This document shows, in pieces, positions 8,843 to 17,072 of a stretch of 61,297 nucleotides of DNA. The notes below the pieces were generated by a model. That model made no database searches, was not told the origin of the DNA, and saw nothing but the letters and a program-made list of their open reading frames with translations. The stretch comes from a virus (lineage: Duplodnaviria; Caudoviricetes), in IMG/VR virus record IMGVR_UViG_3300028802_000015, positions 1-61,297 of that record; one strand, written 5' to 3'. The number at the start of each line of letters is the position of its first letter. Within the stretch, counting starts at the first letter, position 1. Position numbers and translations under genes: made by a program.

Positions 8843-9172
8843 ATGAGCACCATCCGCGAGACCGTCAGCGAGCAGATGCGGGGCAGTCGGCTGTCCTCCT
8901 ACGTGCGGGAGGCAGAGCCGGTCATCTCCGCGCTGGAAGCGCGGGAGTGGGACATGGCCGACGCGCTGATCGAGGCGGGGACCCGGCTGGGTGCCAGCCG
9001 CACCCAGGTGACCGGGGTCCTGGTGGACGCCGGGGTCCAGACCCGGCCCGCGCCGGTGTCCGTCCAGAGCAACGGCGGCAGCAACGACCTGTTCGCCCAG
9101 ATCGACGCGCTGCGGGACTCGGTGAACCAGATCAACCAGGCGCTCGACACGATCGTGCGTCAGTCCCGCTAG
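8843..9172 (+). CDS. Hypothetical protein with C-terminal coiled coil
   Basis: GATCGGAGCAAC RBS. Confidence 0.8.
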   Translation: MSTIRETVSEQMRGSRLSSYVREAEPVISALEAREWDMADALIEAGTRLGASRTQVTGVLVDAGVQTRPAPVSVQSNGGSNDLFAQIDALRDSVNQINQALDTIVRQSR

Positions 9173-9284
9173 TCCACTGACCAGGGGTGCCCGGCATGAC
9201 GGGCATCCCTGGTCTCCCTATTCGTCGGTGGGGCGTGGCTCTCGGCTGCTCAGCCCTGCGCCCCACCGGCCAGGCAGGAGGCTT

Positions 9285-9551
9285 ATGGAACACACCACGA
9301 AACTGCTGCTGGCGCTCGGGATCACCGAGTGGTCCAGCGTTTCTGCGCATATGGAAGCCATGCGCAAGGGCGGCATCTCCATCCCGACCGACGTGTTTGT
9401 GAACGTGGCTCGGGAGACTGGCTTCCTCATCCGGCAGTGGCCCATCGAGCATGGGCAGACGCCTGAGGGTGTGGTCGCTGAGGCCCGCCGGTATGTGACG
9501 GCGCACCTGGATGAAGCGGAGGCGCTGCTCGGTCAGGTGGCGACGGTATGA
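9285..9551 (+). CDS. Hypothetical protein
   Basis: AGGAGG RBS then ATG at 9285. Confidence 0.75.
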   Translation: MEHTTKLLLALGITEWSSVSAHMEAMRKGGISIPTDVFVNVARETGFLIRQWPIEHGQTPEGVVAEARRYVTAHLDEAEALLGQVATV

Positions 9552-9874
9552 CCAAGCGGAAGGGGGACGAGCCGGTCAGTGAGATCGCTTGGGAGGACCC
9601 ACCGCCCAAGCGCACCACGTATGACTGGCCCGCTATCGCTGACAAGTTGCGGGCGAACCCGATGGAGTGGGCGCTGATCTTCCGCAACGACCGCACGTCT
9701 GTGGTCAATGCGATGAGGCAGGGGGCGATCGGTCCGCTGCACCGGGACCTGGGGTTCGAGTACCGCACGGCGAACAACATCCGTGAGCCGGAGCGGCGGT
9801 GCGATCTGTACGTCCGGTGGAACCCGGAGAAGGTGAAGCCTCTGCGTGAGGCGATCCGTGAGGCGAAGCAGTGA
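9548..9874 (+). CDS. Hypothetical protein
   Basis: ATGA overlap; WEDPPP..YDWPAIADKLRANPMEWA. Confidence 0.8.
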   Translation: MTKRKGDEPVSEIAWEDPPPKRTTYDWPAIADKLRANPMEWALIFRNDRTSVVNAMRQGAIGPLHRDLGFEYRTANNIREPERRCDLYVRWNPEKVKPLREAIREAKQ

Positions 9875-10257
9875 ACGTCATGGTCTGGCTCAACGGCAAG
9901 ATCACCGGGGTGACGTTCATGTACGAAGATCACCTGATCGACCACGTGTCGTTCTCGACGTTCGGCTCGTGCCGGGAGGCGGACCTGTCCGGCACGAAAC
10001 CTTTCTTCGGCAAGTGGGAGAGGCGGCGCACGTTCTACCGGGTCCCGGTGTCGAAACTCCCACCGGCTTTCATCGACGCGGTGGCATGGTCCAACCAGTT
10101 CATCAACAGAGGAAAGGCGGAACAGCGTGGTGCTCCCGCATGTGACGATCGAAGGACGGATGGTGGCGGACCCGGAACTACGGTTCGCACCGTCGGGCAC
10201 GGCGGTGGCGAAGTTCCGCCTGGTCGCGTCGAGCCGGAAGAAGAACGACGCGGGTGA
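9871..10257 (+). CDS. Hypothetical protein (3' end overlaps ssb)
   Basis: GTGA overlap at start; long overlap at 3' end lowers confidence. Confidence 0.55.
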   Translation: MNVMVWLNGKITGVTFMYEDHLIDHVSFSTFGSCREADLSGTKPFFGKWERRRTFYRVPVSKLPPAFIDAVAWSNQFINRGKAEQRGAPACDDRRTDGGGPGTTVRTVGHGGGEVPPGRVEPEEERRG

Positions 10258-10564
10258 GTGGGTGGACGACCGGGTGTTGTGGATCAACGTCACGTCGTTC
10301 AAGCAACTCGCGGAGCATGTGGCGGAGTCCCTCGGGAAGGGTGACCTGGTGGTGTGCACGGGCAGGTTGCAGACCGACGAGTGGACCACGGACAGCGGTG
10401 AGAAGCGGTCGCAGACGGCCCTCATCGCTGACGCTGTGGCTGCGTCGTTGCAGTTCCGCACGATCAAGCACGGTGAGGGCCAGGTCGCCAGGTCCTCCGG
10501 TGCACCCGCGGACGCTGACCCGTGGGCGTCCGGTGGCGGTCAGGCAGAGGAGCCGCCCTTCTAG
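10127..10564 (+). CDS. ssb: Single-stranded DNA-binding protein
   Basis: GRMVADPELRFAPSGTAVAKFRLV, LAEHVAESLGKGD.V...GRL, acidic EEPPF tail. Confidence 0.95.
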   Translation: MVLPHVTIEGRMVADPELRFAPSGTAVAKFRLVASSRKKNDAGEWVDDRVLWINVTSFKQLAEHVAESLGKGDLVVCTGRLQTDEWTTDSGEKRSQTALIADAVAASLQFRTIKHGEGQVARSSGAPADADPWASGGGQAEEPPF

Positions 10565-10622
10565 TTGACACGCGCCCTCGACCCGCCAGGGTCAATAAGA
10601 CTCAGTTCGTAGGTCCATCAGA

Positions 10623-10635
10623 TTTAGTAACTAAA
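10623..10635. promoter_or_regulatory. 13-bp palindrome TTTAGTAACTAAA (copy 11)
   Basis: Read directly; TTGACA at 10565 upstream. Confidence 0.9.
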
Positions 10636-10655
10636 CCAGCCACACAGGAGGCTTG

Positions 10656-10940
10656 ATGCCCACCGCAGCACGGCAGTCCGAGACCGAGGTCACCGGCAAG
10701 GACCGGGACGGTCTGCTCCGCAAGGCGTACAGCGCCGCAGCCAAGGAACTGCGGGAGAACCACCGCGACGAGTTCAACCAGTTGCAGCAGAAGCACGCGA
10801 AGGAACTCGGGGTGGAGTGGTCGCCCCGGCTCAACGCGGAGGAGCGGGCGGCAGCGCAGATGGAGGCGCTGTTCTCGGAGTTCCCCGGGCTGCGTGAGCG
10901 CTACGCCGCACAGGCTGAGGACGACGCCGAAGGGGAGTAG
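10656..10940 (+). CDS. Hypothetical helical protein
   Basis: AGGAGG RBS. Confidence 0.8.
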   Translation: MPTAARQSETEVTGKDRDGLLRKAYSAAAKELRENHRDEFNQLQQKHAKELGVEWSPRLNAEERAAAQMEALFSEFPGLRERYAAQAEDDAEGE

Positions 10941-10949
10941 ACGCAAGGC

Positions 10950-10985
10950 GGGACCCGGCCGATATGGGAGTCGGCCGGGTCCCGG
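10950..10985 (+). terminator. Strong GC hairpin GGGACCCGGCCGA...TCGGCCGGGTCCC
   Basis: 13-bp perfect stem right after a stop codon; no U-tract. Confidence 0.55.
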
Positions 10986-11068
10986 GCGAGGATCGGAGCA
11001 ACCAGTCCTCGGGCCTGAGCGTACAGCCTCGGGCCGTTGGACACGCACCCCTGACGGGTCTAGGTTCG

Positions 11069-11214
11069 GCTCCACAACAAGCGAACGCCGCCCCTGCTGA
11101 CAACAGGAACGGCGCTCTAACCAGTTCCGCGCAACCGGAAAGGCTTGAAATGGAAACTAACACACCTGCCCCATTCGCGGTGGTACGCCACGCGGACGGG
11201 GCTTCGTTGTGAGC
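11069..11214 (+). ncRNA. Candidate structured RNA or leader (multi-stem)
   Basis: Closing stem 11069-11082/11201-11214 enclosing three hairpins; atypical codon usage. Confidence 0.35.
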
Positions 11215-11370
11215 GGGGCCAGCCTCCGCTCCCGCACCTCCCCGGTGTGCCCCCTCTGCGGCATCCCGGCGGAGAAGGGCCAGTCCTTCCGGATCGGCCG
11301 ACACCGCTGGCACGCTCAGTGCCGTGTTGCCTACGAGTCCACCCGTGCCCGCAAGGCGCACGGGCCGTAG
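11209..11370 (+). CDS. Small Zn-finger-like protein (53 aa, CPLC...WHAQC)
   Basis: Translated by hand; GTGA-coupled to a 20-aa ORF at 11150..11212. Confidence 0.55.
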   Translation: MSGASLRSRTSPVCPLCGIPAEKGQSFRIGRHRWHAQCRVAYESTRARKAHGP

Positions 11371-11502
11371 CGCTGCCCGCCTGAGGGAAGAAGGGCTCCC
11401 CACCCCGGCCCTGCCAGTACCCAACCGGCTGTCCATTCGCCGAGACGCGCCGCACCCAGGGGTGGGGTCTGTGCCCAACCAGTCCCCCAGTCACGTCAGC
11501 CG

Positions 11503-11515
11503 TTTAGTCACTAAA
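11503..11515. promoter_or_regulatory. 13-bp palindrome TTTAGTCACTAAA (copy 12)
   Basis: Read directly; immediately upstream of primase-helicase. Confidence 0.9.
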
Positions 11516-11523
11516 CCCAAGGG

Positions 11524-13083
11524 ATGCAGAGGATGGATTCTTATGAGCGGGTGCTCGGTCTGCTGGAACGGATCACGGGAAACGGATCTTCGGTTCGCGC
11601 TTCCTGTCCCGTTCCGAGTCACGGCCAAGGCCGCGGCGACCGGAACCCCTCGTTGTCCGTCACGCACTCCGACGGCAAGACGCTGCTGAACTGCATGAAC
11701 GGGTGCCACCCGCAGGACGTGCTCATGGCGCTCGGGCTCGAATGGCCGGACCTGTTCGATGAGCCGATCACGAACGAGCGCGGCGTGAAGGTCGCCGAGT
11801 GGAAGTACCAGCGGCCCGACGGTGAGGTTCACTTCACGGTCGAGCGGTGGCAGAAGTCGGACGGCGGCAAGTCGTTCGTGCAACGGGTCCCCGGTCACGT
11901 CGGAGACGACGGTCGCCCCAAGGCCGGATACCCGAAGGGGTTCAAGCCGTGCCTCTACAACCTCCCCGCTGTTCTCGCTGCGGCCGGGGCGGGCGAGGAG
12001 GTGTGGATCGTGGAAGGTGAGAAGTCGGTCAGCGCAGCCCGGCACCTCGGGCTCACGGCCACCTGCTCACCGAACGGCGCGAAGGCATGGCGCGACTACT
12101 ACACGTCGTGGCTCAAAGGTGCGTCGGTCGTCAACATCGTGGCCGACAACGACACCGACGGGCAGCGGTACGCGGGCAGCGTCAGCGCATCGTGCCGGGC
12201 CGCTGGGCTCAAGACGAAGGTGTGGTCCACACCGGTCAAGCACAGCAAGGCTGACCTGTACGACCACGTGCTCGCCGGGCTCACGGTCACCGACCTGGTG
12301 CCGCTCGCGGTCAACCGGCTCCGACCTGCCGGGTCCACGATGAGCGGGCTGCTCAGCAAGGACTACCCGCCGGTGCGGTGGGCGGTGGACGGGCTGATCA
12401 GCGCCGGGCTGACCCTGTTCGGCGGGTCACCCAAGTTGGGCAAGTCCTACGTGGCGCTCGACCTGGGCCTCGGGGTGGCCTGCGGTGGGCTGGCACTGTC
12501 CACCCTGCACTGCCAGCAAGGCGACGTGCTGATGCTGGCGCTCGACAACGACACGGAGAGGAGAGTCAAGGAACGCTCGCTGTACCTGTTCGGGAACGTG
12601 ATGCCGGACTACGCGGTCCCGATGGAGGTGCACACCGAGTGGCCGGTCGGCGCGGACGCGTTGGCTGCCTGCCAGGAGTGGGTCGCGGACAGCGACAACC
12701 CGCGGATGATCGTGATCGACACGCTGGTCAAGGTCGAGCCGTACTTCGACGGCAACGGTGTGCAGAACTCGTACGCCGTGAGCAGCGAGGTGCTGTCCCG
12801 GTGGGCGAGGTTCGCGGCCGAGAGCAACATCGCGGTCGTCGCGATCCACCACGACCGGAAGCGGGGCAACGGCCAGGCCGAGGACGTGGACTGGCTCGAC
12901 AGGTTCACTGGGTCACGCGGCATCACCGCCGCGGCGCAGACCCTTCTGATGCTGGACGCCAAGAGAGGAGAGGACAAGGGAGTGCTGCGGGTGGCAGGCC
13001 GTGACATTGAGACTTCCGACTTGGAGATGACCCGGGTCGGTCGGTCATGGGCGGTGCTGTCGATGGTCCCGCAACCTGTTTAG
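11524..13083 (+). CDS. DNA primase/helicase (Zn-binding + TOPRIM + RecA-like ATPase)
   Basis: CPVPSH..CMNGC; VEGEK and ADND TOPRIM motifs; Walker A GSPKLGKS; Walker B IVIDT. Confidence 0.9.
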   Translation: MQRMDSYERVLGLLERITGNGSSVRASCPVPSHGQGRGDRNPSLSVTHSDGKTLLNCMNGCHPQDVLMALGLEWPDLFDEPITNERGVKVAEWKYQRPDGEVHFTVERWQKSDGGKSFVQRVPGHVGDDGRPKAGYPKGFKPCLYNLPAVLAAAGAGEEVWIVEGEKSVSAARHLGLTATCSPNGAKAWRDYYTSWLKGASVVNIVADNDTDGQRYAGSVSASCRAAGLKTKVWSTPVKHSKADLYDHVLAGLTVTDLVPLAVNRLRPAGSTMSGLLSKDYPPVRWAVDGLISAGLTLFGGSPKLGKSYVALDLGLGVACGGLALSTLHCQQGDVLMLALDNDTERRVKERSLYLFGNVMPDYAVPMEVHTEWPVGADALAACQEWVADSDNPRMIVIDTLVKVEPYFDGNGVQNSYAVSSEVLSRWARFAAESNIAVVAIHHDRKRGNGQAEDVDWLDRFTGSRGITAAAQTLLMLDAKRGEDKGVLRVAGRDIETSDLEMTRVGRSWAVLSMVPQPV

Positions 13084-13091
13084 TCACTAAA
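13079..13091. promoter_or_regulatory. 13-bp palindrome TTTAGTCACTAAA (copy 13)
   Basis: Read directly; supplies the primase TAG stop. Confidence 0.9.
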
Positions 13092-13107
13092 CCGAGAGGA
13101 GCAACCG

Positions 13108-13269
13108 ACGGCGTACTGCATGGCCCGATGGGAGGCGGGTCGGGTCATGGTTGACGCCGAGACTGGCTCGGTGTTCACCACCACACCGGTCACTCATGTG
13201 TGCGAGGAACCAGCAGGTCACGACACGCCCTGTAGATGCGTCTGCGGGCAGACGAGGAGCAACCAATGA
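13108..13269 (+). CDS. Small Cys/His-rich protein; start at ACG 13108 or ATG 13120
   Basis: Translated by hand; GAGGAGCAACC RBS; ATGA-coupled to next gene. Confidence 0.55.
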   Translation, partial: TAYCMARWEAGRVMVDAETGSVFTTTPVTHVCEEPAGHDTPCRCVCGQTRSNQ

Positions 13270-13754
13270 GCGAACCAAGGTTCGAGACGGACCTAGAGAC
13301 CATGCTCACCAACATGCGCAAGGCGGAGGAGCAGGCCAACAGCAGTCTCGCTCCCGAGCAGGAAGCGGTGGTGTACGGCGAATACTGGGTCCGGTTCCTG
13401 CCGGACCGGCTGGTGATCTTCGGGTACGTCATGCCGCGCGACGAGTTCCTTGCGTCCGAGCGGGCACTGGCCGACCCCGCCGACGCCGCGTACGCCGAGA
13501 TGGAGATGGCCGGGATCACCGACCACCACGACCAGTCCTACGCCCGCGGCTACCGGTTCGGGTGGTGCTACTCCACGGTGGAACCCACCGGTGAGCCGGG
13601 CTCCACCCACATCGCGAACGTGTGGCCGATCAGCCAGGGCACCTACGAGCAGGCCAAGGCGGTCGGCTGGCAGATCGACCTGTTGCCGCCGGACGGGAAG
13701 ATGGAGTTGGAGGCCGCCTACCAGGGCTACCGGAACCACATCCGCGGCCAGTGA
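13266..13754 (+). CDS. Hypothetical protein
   Basis: GAGGAGCAACC RBS then ATG. Confidence 0.8.
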   Translation: MSEPRFETDLETMLTNMRKAEEQANSSLAPEQEAVVYGEYWVRFLPDRLVIFGYVMPRDEFLASERALADPADAAYAEMEMAGITDHHDQSYARGYRFGWCYSTVEPTGEPGSTHIANVWPISQGTYEQAKAVGWQIDLLPPDGKMELEAAYQGYRNHIRGQ

Positions 13755-14065
13755 GCACGATCCCGCTCGCGTCACGCCGCGTCGTTCGTGACCGGTACGC
13801 CAAGCGCTGCGCCCACTGTGGGATGCCAGCGGGAGGTGGGCACTGGCACCACCGCAGGTCCCGGTCCGTGGTCGATGACCACACCCACTGCCCCTGCAAC
13901 GGGGTGTGGCTGTGCGGCACCTGCCACGCCTGGGCCCATGCTCAACCGAAGAAAGCGAGGGACGACGGGTTCGTCATCAGCAGGTACGTCGATCAACCGT
14001 TCACCATCCCGATCGTCACACCGTGGGGCCGCCGGTTCCACGACTGTCGGGGCGTCAGTCTTTAG
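13751..14065 (+). CDS. HNH endonuclease
   Basis: CAHC...HHRRSR...CNGVWLCGTCHAWAH. Confidence 0.85.
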   Translation: MSTIPLASRRVVRDRYAKRCAHCGMPAGGGHWHHRRSRSVVDDHTHCPCNGVWLCGTCHAWAHAQPKKARDDGFVISRYVDQPFTIPIVTPWGRRFHDCRGVSL

Positions 14066-14073
14066 TCACTAAA
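14061..14073. promoter_or_regulatory. 13-bp palindrome TTTAGTCACTAAA (copy 14)
   Basis: Read directly; supplies the HNH stop. Confidence 0.9.
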
Positions 14074-14085
14074 CGAGGAGCAACC

Positions 14086-14799
14086 ATGACCACAGAAGTT
14101 GTCGCCGACCACACCGTCGGCATCCGGTTCAAGACCTTCCACGAGCGGCACCCGCTGCCCGATCTCAACACCGAACTGCTGGCCCGGCTCATGGAGTGGG
14201 CGGAGTACGAGAACCAGGTGACCGAGGGCCTGATCGTGCGGGACCGCATCCCCGAGGAGTACCGCCTGTGGGGCGACTGGGACCAGGGCGTGTGGGGGTT
14301 CCTCGACACCGAGGGTCGGGAACTCACCGAGGACGAGAAGCAGGACTACCGCAACGGTGTGTGCCGGACCGCGTTCTGCATGGCCGGTCAGGCAGCCACC
14401 CAGTCCGGCTACCGCCTGATCTTCGGGCCGCACGACAACAGCAACCGGGAACGCGACGGCGTGCTGCACCACGGGTTCAGCGCGCAGATGGTGATCCAGG
14501 TGCAGGAGACCGGGAGGTTCGGGCCCCGCGGGTTCCCGATCATGGAGGACGTGCCCGGCGCAAACCGGCAGGACGTTGGCGCGGTCGGCCGGGAGGTGCT
14601 CGGCCTGAACCACGAGGAGTCGTCGGCGTTCTTCGACGGCGACAACAACCTCCTCACCTTGCAGCGGTACTGCAACACGTTCTACGCGGCACGCAACCTG
14701 CCGCCGCTCTACCCCGGGCTGGGCATGGCCTACGTGGAGAGCCCGAACTACGAGGTCATCGACGCGGCCGAGTACCCCGAGTCCGACGACGACTACTAG
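14086..14799 (+). CDS. Hypothetical protein (WDQGVW..CRTAFCMAG motif)
   Basis: GAGGAGCAACC-ATG. Confidence 0.8.
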   Translation: MTTEVVADHTVGIRFKTFHERHPLPDLNTELLARLMEWAEYENQVTEGLIVRDRIPEEYRLWGDWDQGVWGFLDTEGRELTEDEKQDYRNGVCRTAFCMAGQAATQSGYRLIFGPHDNSNRERDGVLHHGFSAQMVIQVQETGRFGPRGFPIMEDVPGANRQDVGAVGREVLGLNHEESSAFFDGDNNLLTLQRYCNTFYAARNLPPLYPGLGMAYVESPNYEVIDAAEYPESDDDY

Positions 14800-14811
14800 G
14801 AGAGGATCACA

Positions 14812-16089
14812 GTGGCTAAGTCCAACGCTGCCCGACGCGACAGCGCTCGCGTCATCTCAGAGATCGGTCATAGCGGCATGGCGGAGGTCTCGCTGCGCGT
14901 GCTGATGATGGCCCTGGACCTCGGTTGGGACGCGACCGAACTTCGCGGCCAGGTGCAACTGTCCCGGGAGCACGAGGGCTCCCATGTCGTCGTGATGATC
15001 CCCACCAATCAGCGGTCCATCAAAGAGCAGGTCGGCAAGTCGTGGATGCGCAAGGTCCTCAGGTACGCCGACCCGATCAAGATGGCTTTCATGCAGGGTG
15101 CGGTTGACGACTGGTCATCCACGGACCCGGTTCGCCATGCCCGCGGCGAGAAGGCCCTCGACTCGATGCGGTCAACTCAGGTGTGGAAGGACCCGACGCT
15201 GCTCCGAGACTGGATCACACCACACGCTGTGACACCGGCCCCGGAGCCGGAGCCCACACCGGAGTCGGAGCCTGAGGTGGAGGAGCAACCGACCCCGGTC
15301 GTCGGTGAGGTCGTAGACAACGGCCCCACTGTCAGCAAGATCCGCCCGTGGATCGCCCGCCGCTCGATGCACAAGGAAGGCGGCGAAATCTACGAGAGCA
15401 AGGCGGTCCTCGAACGCAAGTGGACCGACGGCTCGCTGGACTACCAGTGCGCGTTCCCCGGCTGTGACAGCGGGCCCGACGGTGGCCCGTACACCGCCCC
15501 CGAGGCGCGCACCATCGCCAGTCACTACGGCGGCAAGCACGGCAAGGAAGCGCCGACCCTCAAGGCCGCGCAGGCGGAGTCGTGGACCGACCCCGGCATC
15601 TCGTGGACACCGACCCAGCGTCAGCAGGGCCGGATCGCCCGGTTGACCGCGGAGATCCTCGCCGCTGTCGAAGCGGTGCCGGACGAACTGCACGGCAGCA
15701 ACGAGGAGATCGCTTCGACGCTGGCTCAGTTCATCGTGAAGCGCCGCGACGCTGCACGGGAGTCGCTGACCGACGAGTCCACCCCGCTCACCTCGGAGCA
15801 GGTGATCGAACGGGTGCGTCGCCTGGTGGACGGTGGTGCCTACGCTGACCTGTTAGCGAGGATGGAGCAGGTCGAGGTCCAGGCTGCGGCCAAGATCGAG
15901 GAAGTCCGCACACAGTTGGGCAGCAAGGAACGCGGCATGACCAACGCGATCCGCGCGATGGAGGCCCGGCTGGACGACAAGGACAAGCAGATCGCGGAGG
16001 CCGAGGCGAAGGTGGCTGAGGCGCAGCGAGCAGAACGTGAGGCGAACGAACGGTGGGTCGCGCTGCGGGAGTTGGTCAACGGTCCCTGA
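14812..16089 (+). CDS. Multidomain protein with a C2H2-like Zn finger and C-terminal coiled coil
   Basis: YQCAFPGC...ASHYGGKH; heptad-rich C-terminus. Confidence 0.8.
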   Translation: MAKSNAARRDSARVISEIGHSGMAEVSLRVLMMALDLGWDATELRGQVQLSREHEGSHVVVMIPTNQRSIKEQVGKSWMRKVLRYADPIKMAFMQGAVDDWSSTDPVRHARGEKALDSMRSTQVWKDPTLLRDWITPHAVTPAPEPEPTPESEPEVEEQPTPVVGEVVDNGPTVSKIRPWIARRSMHKEGGEIYESKAVLERKWTDGSLDYQCAFPGCDSGPDGGPYTAPEARTIASHYGGKHGKEAPTLKAAQAESWTDPGISWTPTQRQQGRIARLTAEILAAVEAVPDELHGSNEEIASTLAQFIVKRRDAARESLTDESTPLTSEQVIERVRRLVDGGAYADLLARMEQVEVQAAAKIEEVRTQLGSKERGMTNAIRAMEARLDDKDKQIAEAEAKVAEAQRAEREANERWVALRELVNGP

Positions 16090-16382
16090 CCGAGGCCCAG
16101 TTCACGACCGCTGTCATCCAGTTGGCGAAGTACCGCGGGTGGTCCGTCACCCACTTCCGTCCCGCCAAGACGGAGCGTGGGTGGCGGACCGCTTTGCAGG
16201 GTGACGCAGGGTTCCCCGACCTGGTGCTGTCCCGGCGGGGCCGCACGATCATCGCCGAACTCAAGACCGAGACTGGTCGGCTCACTGACGGGCAGCGTCG
16301 GTGGGCCGACCAGATCGGTCCTGCGCTGTACCGGTTGTGGCGTCCCTCCGACATGCCGATCATCGGCCAGGAGTTGCGCTGA
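16053..16382 (+). CDS. VRR-NUC domain nuclease (start uncertain)
   Basis: TEAQF..VIQLAK..GW..H; GFPDLVL; AELK..GRLTDGQRRW. Confidence 0.85.
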   Translation: MGRAAGVGQRSLTEAQFTTAVIQLAKYRGWSVTHFRPAKTERGWRTALQGDAGFPDLVLSRRGRTIIAELKTETGRLTDGQRRWADQIGPALYRLWRPSDMPIIGQELR

Positions 16383-16383
16383 C

Positions 16384-16396
16384 TTTAGTGACTAAA
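16384..16396. promoter_or_regulatory. 13-bp palindrome TTTAGTGACTAAA (copy 15)
   Basis: Read directly. Confidence 0.9.
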
Positions 16397-16410
16397 CGAG
16401 GAGCAGCCAT

Positions 16411-16860
16411 ATGAGGGTTCTGATCACCGGCTCCCGAGACTGGGAGGACGAGGCGCTGGTGCAGCGGACGTTGAGCCTGCTGCATCAGCAAGGGGGGACC
16501 GAGGTCCCGCTGTTGCCGCTGGACGCGCAGGTCCGGTTCGACGGGCGCATCCATGTGCTCGTCTCCGGCCACTGCCCGACCGGCGCTGACCGCATGGCGG
16601 AGGAGTGGGCTGAGGCTTACGACGTGGAGGTGGTGACCTACCCGGCGGACTGGGGCAAGCACGGCAAGGTGGCGGGCCCGGTCCGGAACGCGGTGATGGT
16701 CAAGCAGGGCGCTGACGTGTGCATGGCCTACGGCGGGCGGTGCATCAAGAAACGCTGCGACCGCGGCACCTACCCGCACTGCTCGCACGGCACGTTGCAC
16801 TGCGCGTCCCTCGCTGTGGACGCGTTGATCCCTACGGCGATGCACCGGCACGGCTGGTGA
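16411..16860 (+). CDS. SLOG-superfamily (YspA/DUF2493-like) protein
   Basis: RVLITGSRDW; SGHCPTGADRMA; ADWGKHGKVAGPVRNAVMV. Confidence 0.85.
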   Translation: MRVLITGSRDWEDEALVQRTLSLLHQQGGTEVPLLPLDAQVRFDGRIHVLVSGHCPTGADRMAEEWAEAYDVEVVTYPADWGKHGKVAGPVRNAVMVKQGADVCMAYGGRCIKKRCDRGTYPHCSHGTLHCASLAVDALIPTAMHRHGW

Positions 16861-16874
16861 AGATCGGAGCAACC

Positions 16875-17072
16875 ATGACCACCGACGAGGAACTGTGGGA
16901 CCTGGCGTACAAGGTGCTCGGTGAGTTGCACCTCGCCAGCGATGTAGCGGTCGCGCACCTGGCGGTGCAGGAGCGGGGCACCACGAGCCTGTTCTGGGCG
17001 ACCTGCGGTCAGCGTGGGTTCATCCCATCGAAGGACACCGGTCGCCCCGGGTTCCGGCGGGTGATCCAGTGA
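16875..17072 (+). CDS. Hypothetical protein
   Basis: GATCGGAGCAACC-ATG. Confidence 0.7.
   Translation: MTTDEELWDLAYKVLGELHLASDVAVAHLAVQERGTTSLFWATCGQRGFIPSKDTGRPGFRRVIQ

Noticed and set aside
11010-11210. tRNA or tmRNA gene
   Set aside because: A GGTTCG is present but I could not build a cloverleaf, acceptor stem or CCA end
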